64,000 nt of DNA from Thalia democratica. Its lineage: Eukaryota. Below, one piece after another: positions 50,832 to 62,600 of this stretch (its first letter is position 1; every line of letters starts with the position of its first letter). The notes beneath the pieces are model-generated. The model was not told where the DNA came from and did not search any database. It saw nothing but the letters and a program-made list of their open reading frames with translations. The stretch is taken from the NCBI GenBank assembly GCA_965202585.1, contig OZ241827.1:68448001-68512000 (forward strand). The letters run 5' to 3'. A program made the translations under genes and the position numbers.

Positions 50832-51557
50832 CTACTCGTAATTGTAATGTTTACAATATTATAACACAGTTAAGAATTTTAATTCTGGTTTGTTTTATAA
50901 AACTCACTTTAAAGTATTGTAATAGAAATATGCCCTTTTTTTAATTTTTTGATAAAACTTTCACCTGAGTTGGCACACAGTGTATAAAGTAAACAGTTAA
51001 TGTTCGTACACATTTTAAAACTAGTATTTTTTACGAAAATTTATAGAAATCTTTAAAAAAGCATATTAAGATAAGTTTTTTTTTTAATATTATTTTTATT
51101 TGATGAAAATGAAAATAAATATCTTTGCAACTTATCAAACTGAAATACTTACGATTAGATTGAGACATAAAGAAAAAAGATTAAAATCAACTATTAAACA
51201 TCATTGAAGATTATTTTTTACGTTGTACAGACAACTAAACATTAAAAACTAAACGAGTGAAAAAAATCTTGCAATTTAATTTGTTAAGAGTTGTTTACTG
51301 CAATTGGATAGCTAGTCAATAAACACGATATTACTTGGTTTAACCCTTTATTAAAATTTTCTCTTAATCTCAAATAATTATTTTAATCTAATATACTTAA
51401 GAAGTAGGATTGTAAAAACGATACATTCTAAAACTAAACGTGTTCTATTGGTATAAGTCATTAACTGTAAGAAAAGAATGTATTTTTATTAAAACTAATA
51501 GTATCATGAACTTAATAAAAGCATAAATTTTTAAGATGATTTCTAACTGATAAAATA

Positions 51558-52281
51558 GGGTAAGTGTCAGAAAAGCACACCGTCACTAAAGCATGGGTAG
51601 ACACTTAAGCACGGGGTGACACTTGAGCACAGAGTGACATTTTAGAACGGAGTGACATGTTAGCTCTTAATAACTTTAAATGAATAAAATGTTCTAAAAT
51701 AATTAGCTTAACGAATAAATAATTGTGAAAGTTAGTTCTAACATCTTTAAAATATCGTCTTGAAAAAATTATAAATGAAGTTATTACCATGGGCTTAAAA
51801 TGAAGTAAGAAAGTTTAAAACGTTTGCATATCTCACATATTATTTAAAACTTACGGTTAAAGTTTAGCCTTAACACAATTAGTTAAAGCATTTCAAAAAG
51901 TGTTTTAATAATCCTAGAGCTAGTATCTATTGCTAGATTCATTAAAATGTTTTTGTAAAAATTTAAAGTAAAAGTATCAAAATATTTTCATCTAAAAATA
52001 AATAGTAAAACAACTTAATAAAGTTTATAAATTTACTTTTGTCTTAGTTTTAAATAAAGCTTAATCTCGTAGCTCATTTAAAGCTTGTTAACTTTTAGTT
52101 TACATGTTGCATAGTTTGTTTTGAGATCTTAAACAATACAGTACCTAATGTGACTTAAGCAAAAAAAATAAAATGCATAATAAATTTTGTGCTAAAATGT
52201 CACTCCGTGCTAAAAAATCACTCCGTGCTAAAGTGTCATTCCGTGCTAAAGTGTCACACCGTGCTTTTCTGACCCGTTCCC
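51558..52281. mobile_element. Mutator/Foldback-type non-autonomous element with 9-bp TSD
   Basis: TIR GGG....GTCAGAAAAGCAC; ~19-20 bp subterminal tandem repeats (GCACGGAGTGACA-like). TSD GATAAAATA at 51549-51557 and 52282-52290. Confidence 0.85.
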
Positions 52282-52443
52282 GATAAAATACTATTAAAAC
52301 TGAATTAGTCATTGTCATAGTTTTTGGAAATTTAACAATTTTTTTTTAAAAACTACAAGCAAAAGACACACTGATAATAAATACTTGAGCGTATAAGTGG
52401 TCATTACATAACAACTTTTAGAAATATTACTATTACTTTAAAT

Positions 52444-53789
52444 TAGGGGTGGGCAACGTACGGCCCGCGGGCCGGATCCGGCCCCCGGAGTCATAATGAC
52501 CGGCCCCAAACCATTTTTAAATTTAAATGGAATCCGGCCCGCGGACAAAGTTTATCCGGCCCGCAAGTGTATGATCCGGCCCGCTAGGCATTTTTAAATT
52601 TTATATGAAATCCTACAAGCCAATTAAGATATTACAAAATTGGTACAAAATCTTTAAGAATTATTTTCTTAAAGTAAACTGTAAGACTTTAACTTGAAAA
52701 CGTTTTTAAAAATGGCTTTTAATTTCTGTAGTATTAAAAACACTCTCTTGTTATAGCACCTTGTTCTGTTTCAAGTCAGTTGAATGCATTCTTTTTCAAA
52801 TTATCCAAAAAAAATGTTTGCTGAACTCACTTTGATGATCTTACCTATCATAATGATTTTCATAAAAAATGACATGTAAAAAATTGATGTCTTTCCCAGA
52901 TGTATAGAGAATTGTTTTTATGAATGTTAAGAAAAGTAGTTTAAAATAACATTGACACCTACTTTAAGTAAAACTGCTCAACTTTACATTTTGGTAGAAT
53001 ATTCCAAGTTGAGACTACAGTTTGCTCTCTTTTCTGCTATTGATATTTTAATTAAGGAATTTTTGAATAATTAAAAGGTTAAGTTTAATGATGACCAACT
53101 GATGACAATATTTCAAAACAATATCTCATTAACTTTAAGTATTACTTGTTTAGGAAAGTTATTTATGTATGTTTGTAATAACAGTTTACAATCTAACAAA
53201 ATTTTGAATGAATCTTTTTTTTTTTTTTTCTAATTTAATTTTTTTTAATTAAAAGATAGTAGTTTAATATTGAAATGTTAATTAACTTCTGAATAGTATT
53301 ATTAATGTAGCCTTAAGCCAAGGATTACAAAAATTAAATAATTTCGAATAATTAAAAATGTTTAATGCTTTTGCTTCAAATCTTAGGCTCGAGTAACTTT
53401 AAGTAAGTAAATTATTATTTTATAAAACTAACTAGTATTAATTCAGTCCAGAGTTATTATAAATACAGAATTATGAGTACTTAATAAAAATTAACTTAAC
53501 ACTTTATACTTAAGAACCTTGGTAATTAATAAATTTATTCAAAATTTTAAAAAACCAGATCAATTAAAATCCACCCGGAACCAAGTCTTTTGAAATTAGT
53601 TCTATTCGGATACGAAACCTTGTCTAAAATTAGTATTTAGCCGTATCCGATAACATTTTTGAATAAAGATCCGGATCTAAAAAAAGGATCCAACTGATCC
53701 GGTAGATCACTTACTCGAAATGCTCCGGCCCGCTGAGGACTGTTTTTCTTTGGATCCGGCCCGTCAATTATTTATGTTGCCCACCCCTA
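52444..53789 (+). mobile_element. 1.35-kb non-autonomous hAT element with 8-bp TSD
   Basis: TIR TAGGGGTGGGCAAC/GTTGCCCACCCCTA; subterminal CCGGCCCGC repeats. TSD CTTTAAAT at 52436-52443 and 53790-53797. Confidence 0.92.
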
Positions 53790-53853
53790 CTTTAAATGTA
53801 TAAGTTACTTTTTATAAATAATAAGGTTATCATTTGGTATAAGATGAACTTTT

Positions 53854-54064
53854 GGTATACTATCAAAATCCACCAATTTTTTTTCCTTATTTATAATTTT
53901 TTTTTTTTTGCACTTATTTTATTTATTTTTTACTAACACTGTTACTCCTAAGTCCTAACCCTTAACATCGATCAGTAAGCGGTTCTCGACTTTGACTGGA
54001 TGGATTTTTATTTTGTGGATTTTGAACCCAGGTGAATTAACGCAGGTGGATTTTGAACGTGTCC
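53854..54064 (-). mobile_element. Second copy of the 37115-37320 MITE
   Basis: GTATACTATCAAAATCCACC ... CAGGTGGATTTTGAAC. Confidence 0.7.
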
Positions 54065-56763
54065 TGAGCTTTTAATTTGTGAATCATTTATATTTTTTTT
54101 AAAGTTTTTGAAAGCTCTTAATAAGTTCTATCATGTCTTTTTATTTCTGTAGTGCAGTAACTTTGAGTTAATTTTGAGTTTAGAATAAACTTTTTGCTAA
54201 AAAACTATCACAAACTAAAAAACAACTACTTTAAAATCAAACAAAAGTATGTAACTTCAGTCTAACACAATTGTAAATTATTATCTACAAAATTAATTCA
54301 ACTGTCATTTTAAAGCAGTAATTTTTTTAAAGCTGGTACATACAACAGAACGCAACGTATTATAATTCTTAAATATCAAAAATAAACGTTAATATCTTAA
54401 ATGTTGTAAGTAACAACTTGTTTTTGGTTTTATATAAAACTTTTAAAAAGTTCAATAAGTATATATAATTTATAAAAAGTATATAAAAAGTAAACAAAAA
54501 AATGTACTTATAAGTTAAATAACTAAAGTGTCTTTATTGCGAAAATTAAACTTGGCGGAAAGTAATCGTATTGATTTTAGTGGGTAATATTCAATCTTTA
54601 AATATATATCTATGTATTTATTTATACCTAATATATTATTTCCTCGACAAGACTTTAAAAGGTATCTAAGAGTGTACGACTCGATAACCAAAAGGTTTTT
54701 CGTGCACCAGGTCCTAGAACCAAACACTTTGAGCGTTTTTTTATCGTTCAATAAACTAAATTTAAATGTGCCAAAAGTTTACTTAATCAGTTCAATAAAT
54801 ATCGTTTACCTATGTACTTTAGCTTGAGTTTACGCACAGCACGAAAAAAAAAAGCAATTCGCGTTCCGAACTGTACAGCAAAATTTCTTCTTTCAATTTA
54901 AATTTAATTAGAAAATAGAAATTTAAGTTTAGTGTGTTTTAATGTAAACTTACGACTTAATTTTTAGAAAAAGCATGTTTTAATAAGTGTTTAGTTTAAA
55001 CTGTTTTTTTAAAAGCTCAGCAAAACACAAAGCAGGTAATTTTATTTGATTAAAATTTATTAACTTTTTATTGTACAATTACTTCAAACTTATTAAACGC
55101 AAACATAATTATAAATAGTTAAACTGTTAGCTGACATTAATCACCTTTTTATGAACTCGTTTTTTTTCACGCTCATGAAAGGGTGACTCTTGTTAGTAAC
55201 TTGACACTTGAACAACGCCTTAGGCTCGCTTATATTTTTTCATAATTAATGTGAGAACAAAATGAGAGATTGACACTTTTTTAATGCAAAGTTCAAAAAA
55301 GTATTTTTTCAAGAGAACTATTTTTTTTTGAAAAAACTACACTTTCAGTTTAGTTCTTGTAATGAGTTCAAACGAGTAACAGCGCTTTTTAAAATATCAT
55401 TAATTTTTTTTAGGTGAGTTTTACTTAAAATAATCCATGTCATTTAAACGGGTATGAAACTTGATTCGTTCATGTATTAACTGTCCAGTTTTATTTGGAT
55501 TTTTTGAAATTATGTTATTAAACTTAAATTAGCAAAAAGTTTTAGCTATTTGTATATTTTTAATTTTTATTTTGTAAGCAAGGCTAGTTTTGTTATGTAA
55601 CGAATGAAATTTTGTCAGAAAAATTTTTGAATTATCCTCCACTTGTAATTAGTAGTGTTTTGTTATAAGTTTTATTACATTTTATAACTCTTAAATTATG
55701 AATTTACAATTTTAAGTTTATACCCTTAAATGTTTATAATTAATGTGCTTAAAAACACAAAAACAGTTTCAAAAAGTTATTAATAAATAAAATAGGCTTT
55801 TTACTTATAAAAATTATTTTCACATTTTTTTATTTTTCTAGCAATAGGAAAGGTTATTTTTAGGAAGCTAGCTAGTTTTAACTAAAAATGTTTATTTTCT
55901 GTACAATTTCGCCTTGTTTTACTACTAGAATAACTTTCAAACTTTAAGGTAAATTTCACTATCTTATTTTAAATCAAAACTTTAAAGCTAAGAAAATGAG
56001 AACAACTTTGTTTTATTTATATAGTAACTTGACAAACAGAATTATTAGATTAATTTATTTGGTTTTACATTCTAATAAAAAATGTATATGAAATAATTAA
56101 CTAGTTTTCCATTTTAACAGTTTTTAAGTAGTAAAAAATATTTCAGTGAAGCTAATTAAAAAATAGAAATGACTTGGGCTAAAAGAATTATTAAATTAAT
56201 GTTAAATAAAATATACGAAAATGCTTTTTACCGATATAACTATGCATCTATAGAAAATAAATTTACATAGTACTGTTTTCAATTCTGCTAGAGTTAAGTT
56301 ATTCAATTTCTTTTACAAATAACTAAGTGTAGTTACAGTTTTGCGACTTAAGTTGAAACTGTATTTATCAGCGAAAGTCTGTATTATAGAAGCTTGGACT
56401 TTTGTATGCCATGAGACAAGCTAAAGTTTAACAAAAGGGTTGATAGTACCAATTCGACCATCAGACCACAAACCCTCAGTAGACTGGTCAGTGTAGACTT
56501 CAGTCTAGTGAAAGTATTTTTGGCTTAATGATCGAATCGGTATGATCAACTCTTTAGTCGTAGGTAGTTGTTTTAACACTTGATTTGGTGGTTTAATTGT
56601 TTATTCGCAAATAGGTTATCCGAATTCGGTTTTATAAATGGGATGTATTTGTTGTTGGTTAGGTTAAACTCTATGTCTAGAAAGGTTTTTTGAACTAGGT
56701 CTGCGTCTGTTGTTATTTTGAAACCCAAATTATTACAAATCTATTGAAGCCCTTAGGGTGTAT

Positions 56764-57464
56764 CAGGGACGTGGCTTGGTACGTTTCTGCAAATCTACAG
56801 AAACGTATACTTATGTGCGAAAAAACTTGCTTTTGTTTCAGCTTGAAAATACTCGGCTTTCTTAGCTTTTAGTACTCATTTATGCTTAGTTATGCACTCC
56901 TGAGAGATAATTTTGACATATATGTACTCTTTAGCACTTTTAGTGTCGTAAAAAAATTAAACGAATTAAATACATCCAAATTGTAACATTTAGCGCGTTA
57001 AAGCTTTGTTTTGTCAAAAAGCTACAATGCAAAATTAAACCTATTGGAAGCTGTAGCTTCAAAAATCAAAATCAATGAATTTTATAATACAAAAATTTGC
57101 ATAACTTGTTGTTACTATTGACTACGTTAAATGTTTTATTTTATACGTTTAAATGTTTGAATGAAAACAATATTAATGTTTTGAGTTAAATTTTGATTTT
57201 TTTTAATGAATGTTTTCTGTATTTACACAAGTGGCATGGCATAAAAAGTCATATGGGGTGTGGAGCAAAATATATTGCCTTGTATACAGTTATCACTCGT
57301 ACTTCAACATTCAATTTTTGATGTATTAACATAACTGCATATTTTCAGATTAAATTCAATAATATTAGAGGTAGTTTAAATTGCTGTGTTCCCGCTAGGA
57401 CGTGTTATTTCAGATGTTTTAGTTTTTGCAGATTCGTAACTTTTTTGAGCTAGCTACGTCCCTG
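56764..57464. mobile_element. hAT-type MITE nested in the PLE remnant, 8-bp TSD
   Basis: TIR CAGGGACGTRGCT. TSD GGGTGTAT at 56756-56763 and 57465-57472. Removing it rejoins the RT frame. Confidence 0.85.
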
Positions 57465-57637
57465 GGGTGTATTTTCTGCGGTTCTTGCCGAATTCGGTTG
57501 TATGACCGCGAGGGCATCGTCTTTATAAATTTCAAACTCTTTGTTGTTAAATATATATTTTTTGTTTTTTCTTAGCATAAAGAGTCCTACCATATCGCAC
57601 ACTTCGGTTCCATTGCAGGATAACAAGCTAATATTAA

Positions 57638-58295
57638 GGCCATAGGGGGGTCCAACATTTTTTTTGCAAAAAATAACTTAGGCTTTTATATGAAAGTTAT
57701 AAGTATAAACTACAAGCCAGTGTTAATAGAATTCAAAAATATCATTTAACTTTTGAGATGTTTAATTTTTTGTAAAAATTTTCCAATATAAACCTATCGA
57801 CCGCAAATTTTTCGGGGTCAATTTTCTTGGAATTTTTAAATTCACTAAAAATCTATCTACTCCTTCATTTTTCAAGCAATCTTCTTCAAATTTTCAGGAA
57901 ACGTTCCTTATAATATAAGGAAAAAGCGTTACTTTAGAATTTTAATAATTTATAAAAATAAAAATTTTATCAAAAAAATTAAAAAAAAGTGTTTCTTTTT
58001 CAAACAAAATATATTTTTACAATTTTTTTTTTAATTCCAAAGTAACGTTTTTTTTATTGTATAAAGATTAGACTGTGAAAGTTTGAAGAAGATTGCTCAA
58101 AAAATGTAGGAGGAGATAGATTTTAAATGAAATAGTCTTTTTTCGCTGTTTTAGTTTTCCCTTCCTATAGGGAACCTATTATGCGGCCCGACTTTGACTG
58201 GTCATATCTCAAAAAATAATTTGAATTTTTTAAAAAAATAAAAAAAAAATTGAAACTAAGAAAAAACTCTATAAAATAAGATCAACTTGTAAAAA
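57638..58295 (+). mobile_element. Kolobok-like MITE (3' end lost) with an internal inverted repeat
   Basis: TTAA|GGCCATAGGGGGGTC start; shares both ends of its body with 39462-40117. Internal inverted-repeat arms at ~57850-57945 and ~58030-58125. Confidence 0.75.
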
Positions 58296-58905
58296 ACATA
58301 GTGGCCTTTGATTGTGATAAATGCGGATTTTTGTTCAATTTTTTTAGTTCTGCCTTGTATTTTGTATTTATTGATAAATTGGTAAGTTTTTTCATTTAAT
58401 TGTTCGATTATTCTCGGGTTTGATTATTTGTGTTCTTATGTGCTGTTTTCTTTTAAAAATTTGTTGTAAGTGTTTTTGTCTATTTCGTAAATGTTAATTA
58501 GTTTGTCAGAATAAATAAACTATTTGTCGGAGGATTTTAATTTTTTGATTTCTTTTTTCATAGTATTTAATGAACTGTTGTTGTATCTTTATAATTTATT
58601 GGTACTTATCAACTTGTACAAAGCGTTTTCAAAATCAGCTAACTTTGCGTCCGGTTGTGGTGTGTTTCTGGTAAAACATTTATTTGATGGTGTTTGTCTT
58701 CGTCTTGATAGTTCTTTTGTCGGGTTGCTGAATCTCAAAGAAACTTGCGCGCCATCTCAGTCTTTCTACGAAGTTATATACTTGTTTACAACATTTATAT
58801 GTATTCATTTTAATACATGTATGTTAAGTAGCGTTTTAACATCCATTAAAAAGTATTCTTTTTATTTTTTGTTTTTTACAGACCAAAAAAAGAATATACA
58901 CTTTA

Positions 58906-59980
58906 ATGATCTACAAAATTGAATCGAAATGGCGATCTGATTTAGCATTAGTAAGCAGAATGCCAGGATTGGTCAACAAAAACCTAAATTGCTACGCAAA
59001 CTCTGTAATGCAGACCCTTATGCACACACCTTCGGTGTTCAACCACTTTTTGAAGTACGACTGCACCTGCGAAAAAGGTTGTCACTACTGCAATATGAAG
59101 CAAACTTTTTTCAACTTAGACAAGTTGAGCAAAACTGGAATTAAGAAGCCAGTTACCATTGAGCCAGTTGCCTGTTTGAAAAAAGTCATGGATGGAAACA
59201 ATTTAGGTATGAAGATTAACGACAAAAATGACCCGATAGAGTTTCTTACTCTTTTGGAAGAACAAATGGGAAGAGTCGATGATAAAAGCTGTTCAGGAAA
59301 CTTTCTGGAAGATATTTTTGTGTGCAAGCAAGAAGAAATAAGTCAATGTAAGGCCTGCGGTAGTGAGAGTAGAATTAAAGGCTTTCCTTACCTTGGCTCA
59401 GGAAAAGGCGGTGTTGTAGACAACCTGAATAAATACTTTGATGTAAAAGATTGTAAAAAAAATTGTGATCAATGCAACAAACAAACGAGCTGGACTGAAC
59501 AAAATGTGATCACATCTTGCCCGCAAGTTTTGGTTGTGAAAGTGAGAAAACCGATAAAATTCCGAAAATTTATTGACATAAGCTCGTATCTACGAGATAA
59601 ACAAGACGAAACGGCGTTGTATGAGCTGTACAGCGTGATAGTTTACGTGGGCAACCGTAGGACAGACAATGGGCATTACTATGCTTACTGCAAGGCACCT
59701 GATGGTCGGTGGAATGTGTACAACGACACGTCGGTGAGAAAAACTGATTTGAAATTTGCTTTGAAAGCCGCTGCGTATTCTCTGTTTTATAGAAGAATTT
59801 CTGAATATGATGGCAGTCTTACTTGTGAAACAGAAAGTGAGCTAAGTACACAAAAAGTAAGTACCGATAATCAACAATCAAGTTGTGGAGCTGGGAGTAA
59901 AACAGATCAAACTAGTGGTGATACTAGCAAATACTTGAATGACAAAGAAAAAAGTGAACTGGCACTCAACAACCTAACAG
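58906..59980 (+). CDS. USP (peptidase C19) deubiquitinase catalytic domain, USP36/42/17-like, on a single large exon
   Basis: Cys box GLVNKNLNCYANSVMQ; CTC..GC.YC segment; NDPIEFL; finger CKAC/CDQC; His box YELYSVIVYVG..GHYYAY..W..YND. Acceptor TTTACAG at 58881. Confidence 0.9.
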
Positions 59981-60374
59981 GTTAGCATTAATCATTCTTT
60001 ACTGTCTTTTCTTTTGTATTTAAACTTAATACTTTTAACAAGCAGTAAGAGCATAGCAAAAATATTTTTAGGTACTTTCTTGAGCCCCCTTAAAAGTTAA
60101 AAAACTTATAAAATTAAAGTATTTACAAGTGATTTACCCGATCCACAAACCAGCTTTTCACGCTAAGTTGCGGATCCAGTTGGATTTTTTGTGAAAAAAA
60201 AGATCAAGATCCTTTGTCGAATTTCCTTCTGGGCGATTATAAAATTCTTAGCAGTCATAGAGTACTACATTATGGCTTGTTATTTTATCAAAGCTATTCA
60301 GTTTTATACCGTAAATTTAAATAAAATAAAAACAAGGCTTTTTTACTCATTTCAAATGAAAACGGTGTCTAAAA

Positions 60375-60559
60375 CAGGCTTTCCCAAAATGGGCTATATT
60401 GGTCTTCTTGAAGCAACTTTTGGTATCAAGGGTTATAATTAATAGTGTTGGTAACAATCGCAAAGGTAATTTTAATAATGTGGGTAATAACATTTAACTA
60501 AGGGTCTAATATTTATTTGATTTATTTGAAGGGGGCGGTTAGAGTTTCGGGAAACTCTT
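60375..60559. mobile_element. Degenerate hAT-type MITE
   Basis: CAGGCTTTCCCAAA ... TTCGGGAAACTCTTG termini resemble the 8178 and 42218 elements. Confidence 0.55.
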
Positions 60560-61092
60560 GTTTAGTTTTAACCCTCGATTTCGATAATAATAGTAAAATA
60601 CTAAACACATCCATAGGTTATCTAAATTTAAATATCAACAATGATATAAAAAGTTTTTGTTTGAAAATGATTATTTACTAAACAAATCAAGTGTTTTTAT
60701 GTCATATTTGTAAAATTGATATTAGTAAGTCTATTTTTGTTGTCTAGCATTTGTAGAAGTTTAAATCAAACACATAAAACTTTACTTTTATTAAATTCTT
60801 CTAAAATAGTATGAACGAAACTAATATATATAATAGTATAATACAAAAACAGTTATAAACTCTCGTGTTTTTTTTTTGTTTAAAGCCAGAGTAGTTATAA
60901 TTTACAATTTATACTGTATCTTTAAAATGAACAAAAGTTTATTAGTTTGATGAACTAAATGTAATAAACTACAATCAACTATAAGATATCTTACTTATTA
61001 CATTAAATAACTTATTTACAGCCAACAAGTTGTAAAAGTTATGAGGTTTAAATTAAAAGTCAAGTAGTAATAAAGCAACAAAATAAACACAG

Positions 61093-61832
61093 GCTTGAAA
61101 GAAAATTTACCTAAACCGGAAGAAGCTACATTTAACGACTTATCTGTGAAAATAGAAGGTAGTACTGGAATTTAATTGATTTAATCTGTCTTTATAATAC
61201 ACTTATTTCCTTAGAATCTTTACGTTTTAGACAAGTTTAAAAAACCTTACCTATTTAAAAAGTGTTTACACACTTGGTGAACTCGTTAACTTAGTCTTAA
61301 CTTCGTATTAATTCATCAAAAAGTTATATTTTACAAAAGTATTCATTTACATTTTATTGATAATCCGTTATTTTTTAACACTTGATTGTATATTTTAAGT
61401 ATAAATTTCTTAATTACTTTTTTTTTTTGATTATCTGTAAAAGTTGCTAAGACAAATTTAAGTAAATACAATTAAACACTTTTGATACTATACTACGAAG
61501 GTAAAACAGTTGATTTTTATTTTCAACTCACTGTTTAATACAGTCTATTCAGCTCAAAAACTATTCAGACTTTAAGGTTACAAAATTAAACATAAAGTTA
61601 AAAAAAGTTGAACTAATTTTCTAAAAACAAAAAAAACAATTTTTGTTTACGCCAAATGTCTTACTTTCATATCACATTAATAACTTAAAAACAGTTTCAA
61701 AACAAATAAAAGTTATAAAATTTCAAATCTCCTAGTTAAGTAGTAAAAATTACATATCGAAAACAGGTTTAGAAGGAAGTTTACGTAATTCAGGAAAAGC
61801 TGAAGTTGATGATCTGTCTAGCAGTAAGAAAG
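61093..61832 (+). CDS. Two paralogous 66-nt phase 1-1 linker exons (61093-61158, 61767-61832)
   Basis: ACAG|G acceptors and G|GT donors. Translations GLKENLPKPEEATFNDLSVKIE and GLEGSLRNSGKAEVDDLSSSKK align without gaps. Confidence 0.6.
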
Positions 61833-62256
61833 GTTTTTTTTTTCATTTTGAGTTATATCATATTTTTCTTATAACTTTAAGTTTATATATTTTACATAAA
61901 AGGTTTTTGACTTAAGTAATAAAATTAAAAGTCTTTATTAAAAACCTAGTTTTCACACTTGTTGTAGTTCCTAAACTAACCCTAAATTTCCTATTAGTTT
62001 AGTTATGCTTATATATTTGATGCTTGACTAAGAAATTAATGTTTCTGATTAATAGAATTTCAATTTTTATCTAAATTTATTTGTAAATTTAAAAGTTATT
62101 TCAAATTTAATCTATAAAAGTTATTGAAACGAAACTAGTTTGCATAATTTTAAGTTTTATATTTGAGAAAACTTAACGCTGTAAACAAACAGTTGAACTT
62201 GTTTTAATACGTCTTATCAAGCCCTTAATCATAGTAAGCTTATAATTTTGTTTTAG

Positions 62257-62600
62257 ATTGTAAAGATACAAACAAAGCCAAAGAAAAGAACAGACTTGCT
62301 CCAGATGCGAAAACGGGCGATGAAAGGCCTCAATGCGACGTTTGCCTCAAAACATTTGCAACCAGACAAATTCTCAGAAAACACGAGAAGATTCATACTG
62401 ATAGAAAAAGGCCGTTTGCATGCCCATTTCCAAATTGCACGTCCACATTTTACAGGAGAGTCCACTTGACAGCTCACCAAAGGGTTCATAGCAAAAACAG
62501 AGATTTCGCATGTCCTCATTGTCAAAAAGCTTACAAACACGTACAATCGTTGCAAATCCATGTGAAACGCAATCATCCGAAAAATAAAAACGATGAATAA
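62257..62600 (+). CDS. Terminal exon encoding three tandem C2H2 zinc fingers
   Basis: TTTTGTTTTAG acceptor (phase 1): CDVC..F......HEKIH-TDRKRPF-CPFPNC..F......HQRVH-SKNRDF-CPHC..Y......HVKRNH, then TAA. Confidence 0.9.

Larger units (their letters stand above)
56545..58790 (-). pseudogene. Degenerate Penelope-like retroelement remnant interrupted by two MITEs
   Basis: Minus-strand translations with stops and frameshifts, in PLE order: FVERLRWRASFF, LADFENALYKLI, SDK..NIY, SAFITIKGH, GTEVCDMVGLFML, IYKDDALAVI, NLGFKIT, FLDIEFNL..Y.PFIKPN, KQLP. Confidence 0.8.

Noticed and set aside
51575-52265. Short regularly spaced repeats as a CRISPR-like array
   Set aside because: They are subterminal tandem repeats of a Mutator-type element with no unique spacers, in a eukaryotic context with no cas genes.
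42430-53110. Other CTGATGA matches (e.g. ~42430, ~47614, ~53099)
   Set aside because: None has the stem II-GAAA-stem III-NUH and stem I pairing of a hammerhead.
3903-54827. Many 60-100 aa F/L/I/K-rich ORFs in the track, and alternative-frame ORFs over GC-rich exons
   Set aside because: Expected by chance in AT-rich or repeat DNA, or shadows of real exons. No motifs or splice support.
56780-56807. Perfect 10-bp hairpin TACGTTTCTG/CAGAAACGTA
   Set aside because: It is a subterminal part of the nested hAT MITE, with no ribozyme core or Helitron CTRR end.
58524-58922. 132-aa plus-strand ORF upstream of USP
   Set aside because: Antisense to the PLE remnant, has no ATG start and is in a different frame from USP.
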